Source: an uncultured Methylococcaceae bacterium (lineage in GTDB: Bacteria > Pseudomonadota > Gammaproteobacteria > Methylococcales > UBA1147). Taken from it: a stretch of DNA of 32,000 bases. The stretch is from NCBI GenBank assembly GCA_964619885.1, contig CAZUGA010000015.1, forward strand, positions 59,510-91,509, written 5' to 3'. This document shows positions 17,189 to 26,344 of this stretch, one piece after another. A program made the translations under genes and the position numbers. The notes beneath the pieces are model-generated. The model made no database searches. It saw only the letters and a program-made list of their open reading frames with translations, and was not told the origin of the DNA. Every line of letters begins with the position of its first letter. The stretch's first letter is position 1.

Positions 17189-17661
17189 AATATTGATATA
17201 CATCCACAGATCGCTAAACGTTAACGGGCAATCAAGCAATCATACTTAGTATTGCTACGACATTCTAAATTAACCGAAGCTTAAGCGGGAGTCTGTTATT
17301 TATTCCCAGGGATTATGTGATTTTTTAACCTGTACCGGGCATTACCGATTCTGTACTGTACATCCGGTAACCGCTATGGACAAATTCGGCGGGAATTGAC
17401 AACTTGTCAGACACTAAGTAAATCATTGGCGATACAGATAAACAGTGTCCGTGCAATAGGAGGATGTTGCTCTTTTTACTGATTGGAAGCGAAGAAATAA
17501 ACGTCACGCTTTTTTGTTTTCCGTCAATCAATCCTTTTTTCGGTAGAATAAAGAATTGACACAGATATATAAACCCTCCCCACCGGAGATGTGCGACAAC
17601 TTTAATTTAACCGGTTCGTCCTGCATGCGAAAGTCTATATTTCGAGATGGGAGCAATAGGA

Positions 17662-18894
17662 TCAAACCCGCATTTTGATCTCATGTTCGTTATTATGCTC
17701 TGCGCCCCGCCACGCTAACATGCCACCTTCCAAGTTGTAAACCTCCTTCATTCCATGGGCAACTGCAATTCTGGCGGCTCTAGCGGAACGACCACCACTG
17801 CGACAAACAAATAAATAAGGGATCTCTTTATTTAACCCACCTACCCGGAATTCGAAGTCATCTTGCAGACACATTAACTCGGCGCCTTCAATATGGCCTA
17901 GATCATCGTTAAATTCATCCTGTCTGCGAACATCAATGATTTTCATCCCACTAATATCCGAATCTACAGGAATATCTTCAACCTTGTTACCGGTCACCTC
18001 TCCCATCGTATCGGCCAATAATTTAGTGATCGATTCCAATTGCGTATTTATTTTTGAATTGATATCGACGAATTTTTGTTCGGCTTCGCTGGCATCGAGG
18101 CAGGATCGTTCAGATATTTCGTTGATGACAGCAACTTCAGCCTCGATATTGTTAAATTGCGATGCCACGGATTCAGTTACCGAAGTTAGCAACGCGACAC
18201 TGTCTTCTATTCCCTTAACAATGCTAGATACTTCTGTTCTGGCCATTTCTACGGAGCTGTTAATCTCTACGGTTGCCGCTTCACTTTTGTTGGATAAATC
18301 GCGCATACATTCAGCGACTACCGCAAAACCTCGGCCATGTTCACCTGCTCGTGCGGCCTCGATTGATGCATTGAGTGCCAACAAATTTGCTTCGCCCGAA
18401 ACGTCTCTTATTTGGATTGATTTTTCATGAATGCCATCGATTAAATTCTGAATGGCTTGCAATGTTTGGATAGAGCCTTGCCAAGCATTGACCGATTGCG
18501 AAAGATCATTCACTTTGCCCTTGCTGTATATTGTCGTTTGTTGCATAGAATCGATCGACGAATAAATCTTCGGTAATTCGGAGAATGTGTCGGTCACGGA
18601 TTGTTGTGCGGTTTTGAGCTCGATTGAGATTGCTTCTACGCTACGTCCGTTGGATAAAAACGCCTCGTTGAACATATCCCGTTGATCGTCAAGCTTCTGC
18701 GCATTAGCCTCGAAAAAACTTTCCGCGACAGTCGCTTGTTCCAGGTGCGCGGATTCTAACTTGTCACGATAATCAGCACGAATTTTTTCTTGTTCGCGGA
18801 TAGAATTTTCACGTTGAATTTTGCGTCCCATCAACCAGCCAACGCTTGTCGAAACTGTGGCGATAACGATGTAAATAATGACTGAACTCACCAT
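17662..18894 (-). CDS. Membrane-anchored MCP signalling-domain protein with a C-terminal rhodanese domain
   Basis: - N-terminal TM helix: VSSVIIYIVIATVSTSVGWLM.
- MCP hairpin tip: EANLLALNASIEAARAGEHGRGFAVVAECMRDLSNKS.
- Rhodanese: IIDVRRQDEF..LFVCRSGGRSARAA..LEGGMLAW, with a CRSGGR active-site loop.

The start was chosen at ATG 18894 (GGGGAG 6 nt upstream). Alternatives are 18909 and 18957. Confidence 0.85.
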   Translation of the reverse strand: MVSSVIIYIVIATVSTSVGWLMGRKIQRENSIREQEKIRADYRDKLESAHLEQATVAESFFEANAQKLDDQRDMFNEAFLSNGRSVEAISIELKTAQQSVTDTFSELPKIYSSIDSMQQTTIYSKGKVNDLSQSVNAWQGSIQTLQAIQNLIDGIHEKSIQIRDVSGEANLLALNASIEAARAGEHGRGFAVVAECMRDLSNKSEAATVEINSSVEMARTEVSSIVKGIEDSVALLTSVTESVASQFNNIEAEVAVINEISERSCLDASEAEQKFVDINSKINTQLESITKLLADTMGEVTGNKVEDIPVDSDISGMKIIDVRRQDEFNDDLGHIEGAELMCLQDDFEFRVGGLNKEIPYLFVCRSGGRSARAARIAVAHGMKEVYNLEGGMLAWRGAEHNNEHEIKMRV

Positions 18895-18913
18895 CAACTG
18901 CTCCCCCATTCGT

Positions 18914-19957
18914 TTAGTCGACGCTCTCTGTAACCGGGTTAAATTGTCTCCACGCAATCATGCCGCCACTAAGATTGAGGACCCGAGTGAAACCAAGCGC
19001 GGTCAACATCGCTGCCGCAGTTGTGCTGCGGACCCCTGCTCTGCAGACGACGATAATTCTGCTCGTCTTAAAAGCCTCGAGTTCTGGATAGCGCGTGGGT
19101 AATTCTCTTAGAGGGATACTTTTGGCATCCGGAATATGGCCCAATTCGCCGTCAAATTCTTCGAATTCCCTAACATCTATGATTGTTGGCGGGACGGCAG
19201 CATTCATCTGAAATCCCAGAGTTTCAGGCGAAACTTGCCTTACTCGATTGAGTTCGCTGATAGAAGGGTAGTCAATTTCGGTATCGTGATGCTCAGACGC
19301 ATTTATCTGCAATACTTCTTGGATTTTGGATGGTAGTGGCAAACCCAGGTTGGTCATGAGTTCGATATATTCATCCCTCGATTTACCCGTAAGCCGAGGA
19401 TTATGGGCTTTTTCATAGCCAATCGTAGATTGGGTATTGCCTCTGTAATCATGTCCCGGGAAGACTACGGTATCGTCTGGTAGCTTGAACAGTTTTTCGA
19501 CGATACTATCGTAGCTCAAACCGGGGTCGCCACCAGCAAAATCGGTCCGTCCGGTTCCCCCTATCATTAAGCAATCCCCAGTTAAAACACGCCCTTCAAC
19601 GTACAGGCTTAAACTATCCGGTGTGTGCCCAGGTGTCGACAATACTTGAGCCGAGACGGCACCGATTGCAAGTCTATCGTCTTGGTCCAGATAAACATCG
19701 GTATTGGGTTGCGGAGACTGATTGTGCCGAGCAATCTTGCATCCCGTGAGTAAGCTCAATTCACTCAAGGCCGATCTATGATCAGCGTGGGTATGCGTGT
19801 CCATTACGAATTCAAGCTTCAGCTTGTGGTACCCGAGTATTGCGATATAACGATCAATATTGTGATCGATCGGATCGACCAAAACCGCTGTTTTCTCCTG
19901 CTCACAACCGATGAGGTAGGTCTTGCATTTTTGATGATTCAGTTCTTGGAATATCAC
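18914..19957 (-). CDS. Metallo-beta-lactamase-fold persulfide dioxygenase (ETHE1-like) fused to rhodanese
   Basis: THTHADHRS (HxHxDH), GHTPDS, PGHDY. C-terminal rhodanese IIDVREFEEF..IIVVCRAGVRSTTAA..LSGGMIAW. Confidence 0.85.
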   Translation of the reverse strand: MIFQELNHQKCKTYLIGCEQEKTAVLVDPIDHNIDRYIAILGYHKLKLEFVMDTHTHADHRSALSELSLLTGCKIARHNQSPQPNTDVYLDQDDRLAIGAVSAQVLSTPGHTPDSLSLYVEGRVLTGDCLMIGGTGRTDFAGGDPGLSYDSIVEKLFKLPDDTVVFPGHDYRGNTQSTIGYEKAHNPRLTGKSRDEYIELMTNLGLPLPSKIQEVLQINASEHHDTEIDYPSISELNRVRQVSPETLGFQMNAAVPPTIIDVREFEEFDGELGHIPDAKSIPLRELPTRYPELEAFKTSRIIVVCRAGVRSTTAAAMLTALGFTRVLNLSGGMIAWRQFNPVTESVD

Positions 19958-20344
19958 TGTGCGGATTGTTTGTTTAGGTGTCTAAATGTTGAAAATATAG
20001 TTTAGAATAGCACTTCATACAAATAAGCAGTCCTATTGGACGGGCGGCCGAGTACTAAGTTGATCCAATACGCTAGCATGAAATAACCAATCTCAACGAT
20101 TAAAAACTTTGCGCATACATCGACTCGTCGTCTTATGCGATTCGAATCTCAGAAATAGTTACACTCTCGACATGCTCTGTCATAATGTCACGATCCAATT
20201 TCCGATAATAAACTCCGTTTTAAAAATCACCTAACATCGGTTGTGAAAATATTTAATCCAAATTCAGTTTTTAGCCTCTATTCACCCGGTAAATTCGATG
20301 ACGCATGCCCTATTTGGATTTCGCCATGAATTTCTGAGGTCATG

Positions 20345-20516
20345 AAGTTCTGGGGATATAATCTTCAATTGAGCTTGTCCTATTAAGGCAAGATTGGCAA
20401 GAGTTGTACTAATGGGATATCCGTACCATACCACGCAACGAGGTAATCGGCGTCAGGAAAAGAAACCGGGACCAAAGGCAAAAATAGCAATTAATTATTG
20501 TGTCCCCAGATTAATT
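20345..20516 (+). mobile_element. MITE-like repeat, copy A, carrying a 5' remnant of a Y1 (IS200/RAYT-like) transposase gene
   Basis: Left end AAGTTCTGGGGATATAAT and right end ATTATTGTGTCCCCAGATTAAT form inverted TCTGGGGA / TCCCCAGA cores. An internal mini-ORF from ATG 20412 reads MGYPYHTTQRGNRRQE. Confidence 0.6.
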
Positions 20517-20597
20517 TTTTAGGCTCAGATAAACTACAATTATATATTGATCGTTTCCTTGGCGAGAACGGCTTTTAATCTATTCAAATTTGTAACA

Positions 20598-20912
20598 ATG
20601 TTCCCCAGAGAAGTCGTAGATCTTCGCATACAAGAAGTTCCCCTCGAGATTTCAACCAAGTTGAGTTTCCACATTTATACGCGTGAACATCTACAAAAAC
20701 TTATCAACGATCTTCCGGAGGGCTTAACTCCAAAACGTAAGGGGGATGTAATTCCATTTGTTAGAGTTCAAATTGAAATAGGAAATATACCTGTTGTCCT
20801 TAAAATCAAGCAATGTATCCATCCTCAGTGCAAAAGACTTTTTCTTTCCGCGGGACCGATTCATCGAAAATGCCACCACGATCATAATAATCCAATTGAT
20901 AAACTCTATTAG
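20598..20912 (+). CDS. Hypothetical protein between the two MITE-like copies
   Basis: AT-rich ORF (track 20547..20912 with a TTG start; first ATG at 20598, MFPREVVDL...). C-terminal Cys/His cluster CIHPQCKRLF..HRKCHHDH. No family recognised. Confidence 0.3.
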   Translation: MFPREVVDLRIQEVPLEISTKLSFHIYTREHLQKLINDLPEGLTPKRKGDVIPFVRVQIEIGNIPVVLKIKQCIHPQCKRLFLSAGPIHRKCHHDHNNPIDKLY

Positions 20913-20940
20913 ATCTAATTTTAGAAAAAATTAGGGACAC

Positions 20941-21175
20941 AAGTTCTGGAAGTTCTGGGGACATAAGTTCTGGGGACATAATATTGAATTAAGCTTGTCC
21001 TATGAAGGTAAGATTGGCAAGCGTTGTACTAATGGGATATCCGTACCATATCACGCAACGAGGTAATCGGTGTCAGGAAAAGAAACCGGGACCAAAGGCA
21101 AAAAATAGCAATTAATTATTGTGTCCCCAGATTAATTATTATTGTGTCCCCAGATTATTTACAGATTAATTTTTC
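20941..21175 (+). mobile_element. MITE-like repeat, copy B, with reiterated termini
   Basis: Same core as copy A, with about a dozen mismatches by eye. The left terminus AAGTTCTGGGGACAT is reiterated 2-3 times (20941-20980), and the right terminus TTGTGTCCCCAGATTA is duplicated (21119-21160). Mini-ORF MGYPYHITQRGNRCQE starts at 21032. Confidence 0.6.
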
Positions 21176-21326
21176 CAAACGGGATAAATTAAATTATTAT
21201 GGTAAACATATCTAGATAACTTCTAGTGTCAGCTGACTGGTAGCTCTTGACAGCATCATACGATAAATTACCTGTACCCCTCAATGATCGCTCATAACAC
21301 GAAACTGACGAAAGCTGTCACTGGAA

Positions 21327-21567
21327 TTGACACGGAATAGAACAAAGCATGAGTCGCGAAGGCAATTGCTTGGATATGCGGTCTTTGAAAGCTTTTTTCA
21401 TACATTAAAAACCGAACTAGTTCATCACTGCAACTTTAAAACGAGAGCGGAAGCTAGATACCAAATATTTGAATATATCGAGGTCTTTTACAATCGAATA
21501 CGACTTCCATTCTACCAATGATTATTTGTCACCGGTAGATTACGAAAATCGTCAAAATTTTGCCTAA
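21327..21567 (+). pseudogene. C-terminal fragment of an IS3-family transposase (OrfB), frameshifted
   Basis: Three frames together give MSREGNCLD / [40 protein letters not shown] / [19 protein letters not shown]. This matches the conserved IS3 OrfB tail (GNCWDNAxxESFFxxLKxE...YIExFYNxxRxHSxLGYxSPxxYE). The OrfA and DDE core regions are absent. Confidence 0.75.
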
Positions 21568-21691
21568 CTTTGTGTCTGGAAAAATGTAGACACATCAGGT
21601 TGAAGTGGCAACCGTGTAGCGACCTTGAGATCGCTTCGATTCCAGTTAACGCTTTGAGTAATTTCATATTTATCTATCGTATTACGGCCGT

Positions 21692-22612
21692 CTAATCCCC
21701 AATCATCGCCCAAACGCCGAATACCATAATTATGCTACCAACAAGCTTTGCCGGGACATGCCGTTCCTGGAACAAATAATGCCCCAAAAGCACGGTAAAC
21801 ACACTGGCCATACGCTTAACCGCCATCGCGTAGGATGCCAGAGTCATGCTCAACGCGATTTGATCAGCCAGACGCATCAGCGCGAAAAACACCCCCAACA
21901 ACGCCAGAGAACCTACATGCTTGCGCGCATGCCGGCCGAAAACCTCGTGGTAAAAATTGTGGTTGAGCAAGCTGAATATGATAAAAAGCACCACCGGATT
22001 GACCATCGCAACCATTACCGTAAATGACAGCGGATCGCTCAACCGGATCGCTTCCCGGCCTAATGTTGAAGCGGTTGCAAAGCACAAGCTCGCGATCACC
22101 GCGTAACGACTGCCGTGGTTGGTAAATAAGCGCACAAACGGTGTATACCATTGTTGTTTGAGAACGTTTAACCCTAAGATATAGCTGCCCGTGCAGAGCA
22201 GACCAATGCCCAAAAAACCCATCGATGATGGCACATCGCCCAATAACAGCCATTCAATAATAATTACAAATCCGGGGGTTAACGTAATCAATGGTCCCAC
22301 GATCGAAATCTCACTGACCTTGATCGCATAGTTGAACGCCCAACCGCCCAAACCAGACAATACCGCCCCAATCAAGACCGCTGACAGATAACGCGGGTTA
22401 TCAAGAGGGAATTGGTGGTTCCAGATAATTAGCGGCAGAGTAATGCAAAGACTTGCAAAATTGACGTAAAAGGTCAGAGCCTGCGCGGAAAAGTTAAAAC
22501 TCAGTTGTTTGGCAACCGCAATCCTGGATGCTTGAAAAAATGCTGACAATAGCGAGACCAACACCCATGCATTTGAAAAATCCAACATCGTTTGAATCAG
22601 ACCTCGCGCCAA
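21692..22612 (-). CDS. DMT-superfamily (EamA-like) transporter
   Basis: About ten hydrophobic helices in two halves. The probable ATG at 22588 lies 8 nt after the upstream stop; the track ORF begins at TTG 22612. Confidence 0.75.
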   Translation of the reverse strand: MARGLIQTMLDFSNAWVLVSLLSAFFQASRIAVAKQLSFNFSAQALTFYVNFASLCITLPLIIWNHQFPLDNPRYLSAVLIGAVLSGLGGWAFNYAIKVSEISIVGPLITLTPGFVIIIEWLLLGDVPSSMGFLGIGLLCTGSYILGLNVLKQQWYTPFVRLFTNHGSRYAVIASLCFATASTLGREAIRLSDPLSFTVMVAMVNPVVLFIIFSLLNHNFYHEVFGRHARKHVGSLALLGVFFALMRLADQIALSMTLASYAMAVKRMASVFTVLLGHYLFQERHVPAKLVGSIIMVFGVWAMIGD

Positions 22613-23979
22613 CCTTGCGTCGAATCAATATAGTGGTGGTCAACCACCCGTTCTATATCAAAAGCATCTTTGAGCATAGCGTAATTATAGGCGCAAAATT
22701 GCTCTTGGAATCGGGTTCTAGTCGACCAGGCCTTTTCACTGAAAGTCCCCTGATTTCTTAGAATTCTGCAACACGCTATGCGCCGTAGTGCAACCAGACC
22801 AGACCCGCCAATCGCCGACAACAATTTAAGCTGTATATTCAAGTAAATTTCATTGGAGTCGATCAGTGGTTTCTCCATTTTGTTTAGTCGCGGTGAATAT
22901 AGATTCATCGCATAGGCCGGATTATTTAATGATAAATGTCGAAGCCTGGTGCGTTTATGTCGCTTAAAATAGGACATCATCGTGGGCGAAACATTGTGCA
23001 ATTTAGCGGCTAAAAATTTCAACTGTTCTGCTATCTCTGCAGAATAACCCAATTTATCGATGTTAACCGCGATAGTTCGCTGGGGAAGCAGATCGAATCT
23101 TTGCCACTCGGAAGGCGAATCGGTGCGACCGGTCAACGCGGCGTTTAGCTGTTGCGCTCCCGTTTCGATAATTTCATGAATACGTTGGATCAACGCTACA
23201 AATGCGCTACTATTCAACACAGTCCAATCATCGAGTTGCATCAAACAACCCAGTGGTAATCCACGCTCGATACTATCGGCCGGATCAAATGGCTTGAGCG
23301 TTATTCCGGGTATTTCGAAGCCTATACCCCGCAAGCGTTCGTGCACCATCGCCGCACCTAGGAACAACAAAGGATCCAGCAAACGTTGCCGCAACAGATC
23401 GGTCGGCCGAACCGAATCTCGCTCCAGGTTTTCTAAACCAGTCAGCTCGCTTTGCTTCCAATACAAAAAATGCATATGGAATTGCTTGCTGGCCTGGATG
23501 CTCTCTCTATCCCGAGTATTCGGATCGCAATTGACACCCAGATGAAGTTCACCGCCCTGCAAACCAAACGAATCAATAATATCCGGCCGCGAAACAAATT
23601 CCACGAAATGGTAAGCCGATCGGCACATCAATTCGCCGGTTTCACGACCAATTTCATTTACCGTGGCTTTTAGCGGTTCACTTACTTCGGTGCACATCAA
23701 ATCAATACAACTGTGCGGGGAGACTTTATCCACAAATGCCAGTTGATCCCGTTGAGACCGTGCTCCACGACCAGTAGCAACCATATCCAACTTTTGTATG
23801 GTACGGCGCTTAAACCTAACCGCTGCATCACTAGAAGTGGATTCTTGCGAATTCAGACGGTAAGGCGCAGGTGGCCCTGGAATATTTACGCTATTCCATG
23901 CAACCGGTAAAGCATCAACATTTTCAGGGTACAACGCCGCAAATGAATCTACCGGCATGCAGACGCCTGCTGGGTACAT
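22597..23979 (-). CDS. Uncharacterised 460-aa protein with a HIT-like H-x-H-x motif (possible nucleotidyl transferase or phosphorylase)
   Basis: Long ORF embedded in the operon by overlaps at both ends. ASKQFHMHFLYW resembles the HLHFQ(A)YY-type motif of the GalT/Apa/GDP-hexose-phosphorylase branch of the HIT superfamily. Nothing else was recognised. Confidence 0.7.
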   Translation of the reverse strand: MYPAGVCMPVDSFAALYPENVDALPVAWNSVNIPGPPAPYRLNSQESTSSDAAVRFKRRTIQKLDMVATGRGARSQRDQLAFVDKVSPHSCIDLMCTEVSEPLKATVNEIGRETGELMCRSAYHFVEFVSRPDIIDSFGLQGGELHLGVNCDPNTRDRESIQASKQFHMHFLYWKQSELTGLENLERDSVRPTDLLRQRLLDPLLFLGAAMVHERLRGIGFEIPGITLKPFDPADSIERGLPLGCLMQLDDWTVLNSSAFVALIQRIHEIIETGAQQLNAALTGRTDSPSEWQRFDLLPQRTIAVNIDKLGYSAEIAEQLKFLAAKLHNVSPTMMSYFKRHKRTRLRHLSLNNPAYAMNLYSPRLNKMEKPLIDSNEIYLNIQLKLLSAIGGSGLVALRRIACCRILRNQGTFSEKAWSTRTRFQEQFCAYNYAMLKDAFDIERVVDHHYIDSTQGWREV

Positions 23980-24587
23980 TCCGCTACAACCACGCCGATG
24001 TCCTTAACCGCTGTCGCTATTAACTGCGCCAAAACTAGATTGAAGGCCGCAACCACACTTGCCATAGATGTATCTTCCGCCGATTCCGCTTGACTATAGC
24101 CGTGCTGGAATACTGTTTTTCGATTTTGTGCATTGATCAGGCCCAACTCAAACTCAATATTCACTTGGTTAACATCGCGCAAATGTTCGATACGAAACAG
24201 CGTCCCGGACACGATCCAATTGGCGTTTGCGCGTTCGGCTGGGGTAATAACGTACTCGGCGATGTGTTCCGCTCTTAATGCCTGAACTATGGCATCTTGT
24301 ATCATCGCCGCAGGTGGGTCTGACCAAAGCCGGTTACGGTATCGCTGAACCCTCAACCGGTCCACATTATCGCGAAATACGATGCGTGCACCACCGGAAA
24401 AACCGCGCGCATTTAATTGCGTGACCAAAATTGTACCGGTAGAAATCTGCTTTGCCGGCACAGTAACCGGCTCCGGTTCCAAACGATAGAATTGATCTTG
24501 CGGCGGTGGCGTAGCACTACAACCTATCATGAGCAAAACCAAACAAAGCGACAACGCGCTGCAGATTGGATACCTCCGGCTAATCAT
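23949..24587 (-). CDS. ABC-transport auxiliary lipoprotein (DUF330/YmbA-like) of the MCE system
   Basis: ATG at 24587 forms an ATGA overlap with the MCE gene stop. Signal peptide MISRRYPICSALSLCLVLLMIGCS (lipobox). Size and position match the fourth gene of MCE-type ABC clusters. Confidence 0.7.
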   Translation of the reverse strand: MISRRYPICSALSLCLVLLMIGCSATPPPQDQFYRLEPEPVTVPAKQISTGTILVTQLNARGFSGGARIVFRDNVDRLRVQRYRNRLWSDPPAAMIQDAIVQALRAEHIAEYVITPAERANANWIVSGTLFRIEHLRDVNQVNIEFELGLINAQNRKTVFQHGYSQAESAEDTSMASVVAAFNLVLAQLIATAVKDIGVVVAECTQQASACR

Positions 24588-25606
24588 GGTTGCGCCTCGC
24601 GTGGACCATTCGCACCGTTCCGTCCCCACACAATGGTCGAAGGATTATCGCGCAAATTCATCGAAAGTTCTTTTAGATTGCGGGTCGTTTGGTCCAGGTT
24701 ATTCAAAATTGGTGTCATCGCGTTGGCCAGTTCTTGCAACATGAATTGTGTATCAGACAATGAACGTTCGATTTTTGGATCATTTTTCTCCACCATCGCA
24801 TTCAAACGCTCGGCCAATTCGCCGAAATTCCGAACGCTTTTGTCAATTTCCTGGGTTCGCTGGGTCAACGTATAGGTAATCCGTTCCACGTTACTGGCAG
24901 CCGATCGGGCCGAACTGACGATGTCGGCAACATGCCCCGGTTGAATCGCATTGGTCTGCGCTTTCAAATCTTGGCTAATATCGCGCAGATTCTCCAGGAT
25001 ACCGGCAATAGTTTGCTGACTGCTGGCTCCACCTTCGCCTGCCACCATTAAACCTTCCAGCGCTTCAATTTGTTTACGTACGCTTTCCAAAATCGGAGCA
25101 ACCGTTTGATCCATAATCGACGTAACACGCGCAACGATGTCGGCCTCTTTCTCGCAGCTTAATTCGCTGTTAGGATGGAGAGCTGCAGCCTTTTCAATGT
25201 TGCCCGGCACCAACTTGATAACATTACCGGTCAGTAATCCGTCGGACCCGATTACGACTTTACCGGTATCCGGAATGATCCAGTTTCTATCGATGCCCAT
25301 TTCAATTTTAAAGCTCGGCTTCACACCATCGAATTGTGGCACTACGGCCAACACTTTGCCGACCGCATAACCAGCCTGTTGCACTTCGGTTCCGGCCTCA
25401 ATACCTCCTGAGGTACGACAATGGGTATAGATGTTATAAGTCCTTCCAAAGGTTCCCGAAATCATCATCAAACCGAGCACCAGCATCACTAACATCAGCA
25501 ATACGAATACACCGGCAATTGCCAGATCACGCCTTTGCTTGCGGCCAACTTCTCGTCCGGGCGCACCAATCTCAGGCGGCGAAAAGAATCGTTCGGCATT
25601 GCTCAT
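24584..25606 (-). CDS. MCE/MlaD-family substrate-binding protein with a long helical C-terminal extension
   Basis: N-terminal TM helix (LAIAGVFVLLMLVMLVLGLMMI). MCE domain (GIEAGTEVQQAGYAVGKVLAV...VVIGSDGLLTGNVIKLVPG). Coiled-coil-like tail. Confidence 0.8.
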   Translation of the reverse strand: MSNAERFFSPPEIGAPGREVGRKQRRDLAIAGVFVLLMLVMLVLGLMMISGTFGRTYNIYTHCRTSGGIEAGTEVQQAGYAVGKVLAVVPQFDGVKPSFKIEMGIDRNWIIPDTGKVVIGSDGLLTGNVIKLVPGNIEKAAALHPNSELSCEKEADIVARVTSIMDQTVAPILESVRKQIEALEGLMVAGEGGASSQQTIAGILENLRDISQDLKAQTNAIQPGHVADIVSSARSAASNVERITYTLTQRTQEIDKSVRNFGELAERLNAMVEKNDPKIERSLSDTQFMLQELANAMTPILNNLDQTTRNLKELSMNLRDNPSTIVWGRNGANGPREAQP

Positions 25607-26340
25607 GGTCGCCCTTCCAAGGTGTAACGTAGTTCTATTTGCTCGACTTTGGCCTGTGCCAATTGTTCCGATCCACCTATAAATAGCAACTTGCCGTTGT
25701 CCAAAACGCCAACCTGATTGGCGGATGCCAAAGCACCACCCGATTGATGCGTGGTAAAAATAAAAGTCATATTATTGTTTTCTTTTTCACGCTGTAGATG
25801 ACTTTGTATCTCCAATGCCGATACCGGATCCAAACCATCCATGAGTTCATCCCATAGTAGCAATGAGGGTTTACAAATCAATGCACGCGCCAACTCAACC
25901 TTACGCTTTACACCACCCGATAATTCATTGGGACGTAAATTCTCCATACCATCCAAACGCAGTTGGGTCATCACCAATCGCGCAGTACGCCGCATCGCTT
26001 CCGCGCTATATGGGCCATTTCTAAGCGGCAATATCAAATTTTCCAAAACGGATAATCCGTTGAGCAACGCACCACTTTGAATCACCATGCCAACCGAGCG
26101 GCGCAAAAGCAACAATTCGCGATGTTCCAATGACGACAGATTCCGGCCAAGAACACAGATATTACCGGCAGACGGTTGATCCAAACCCATAATCAACCTG
26201 AGTAGCAAAGTTTTACCGGCACCGTTCGGCCCCAGTAGCGCAAACGAATCCCCCTGCTCTACCGCAAAACTGATATTGTCCAACACGCAACGCCCTTTAA
26301 CGTGTTGAAATACTTTATCAAACTCAACCACCGCGTTCAC
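25603..26340 (-). CDS. ABC transporter ATP-binding protein (MlaF-like)
   Basis: Walker A GPNGAGKT, signature LSGGVKRKVELARAL, Walker B LLLWDELMDGLD. GTG start, and an ATGA overlap with the MCE gene at 25603-25606. Confidence 0.9.
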   Translation of the reverse strand: MNAVVEFDKVFQHVKGRCVLDNISFAVEQGDSFALLGPNGAGKTLLLRLIMGLDQPSAGNICVLGRNLSSLEHRELLLLRRSVGMVIQSGALLNGLSVLENLILPLRNGPYSAEAMRRTARLVMTQLRLDGMENLRPNELSGGVKRKVELARALICKPSLLLWDELMDGLDPVSALEIQSHLQREKENNNMTFIFTTHQSGGALASANQVGVLDNGKLLFIGGSEQLAQAKVEQIELRYTLEGRP

Positions 26341-26344
26341 AGCT

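Noticed and set aside
17936-18430. 164-aa plus-strand ORF antisense to the MCP-rhodanese gene
   Set aside because: The translation is low-complexity and Ser/Leu/Ile-rich, typical of the reverse frame of a coiled-coil MCP gene. The minus-strand product has unmistakable motifs.
21601-21613. TGAAGTGGCAACC after the IS3 fragment, reminiscent of IS3/IS911-type terminal inverted repeats
   Set aside because: The orientation matches a left end rather than the right end expected after orfB. I cannot verify the similarity without ISfinder.
21758-22253. 89-aa plus-strand and 129-aa minus-strand alternative-frame ORFs inside the DMT transporter gene
   Set aside because: These are shadow frames of a clearly hydrophobic multi-helix transporter ORF. 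Their translations are Arg/His/Gln-rich with no motifs.
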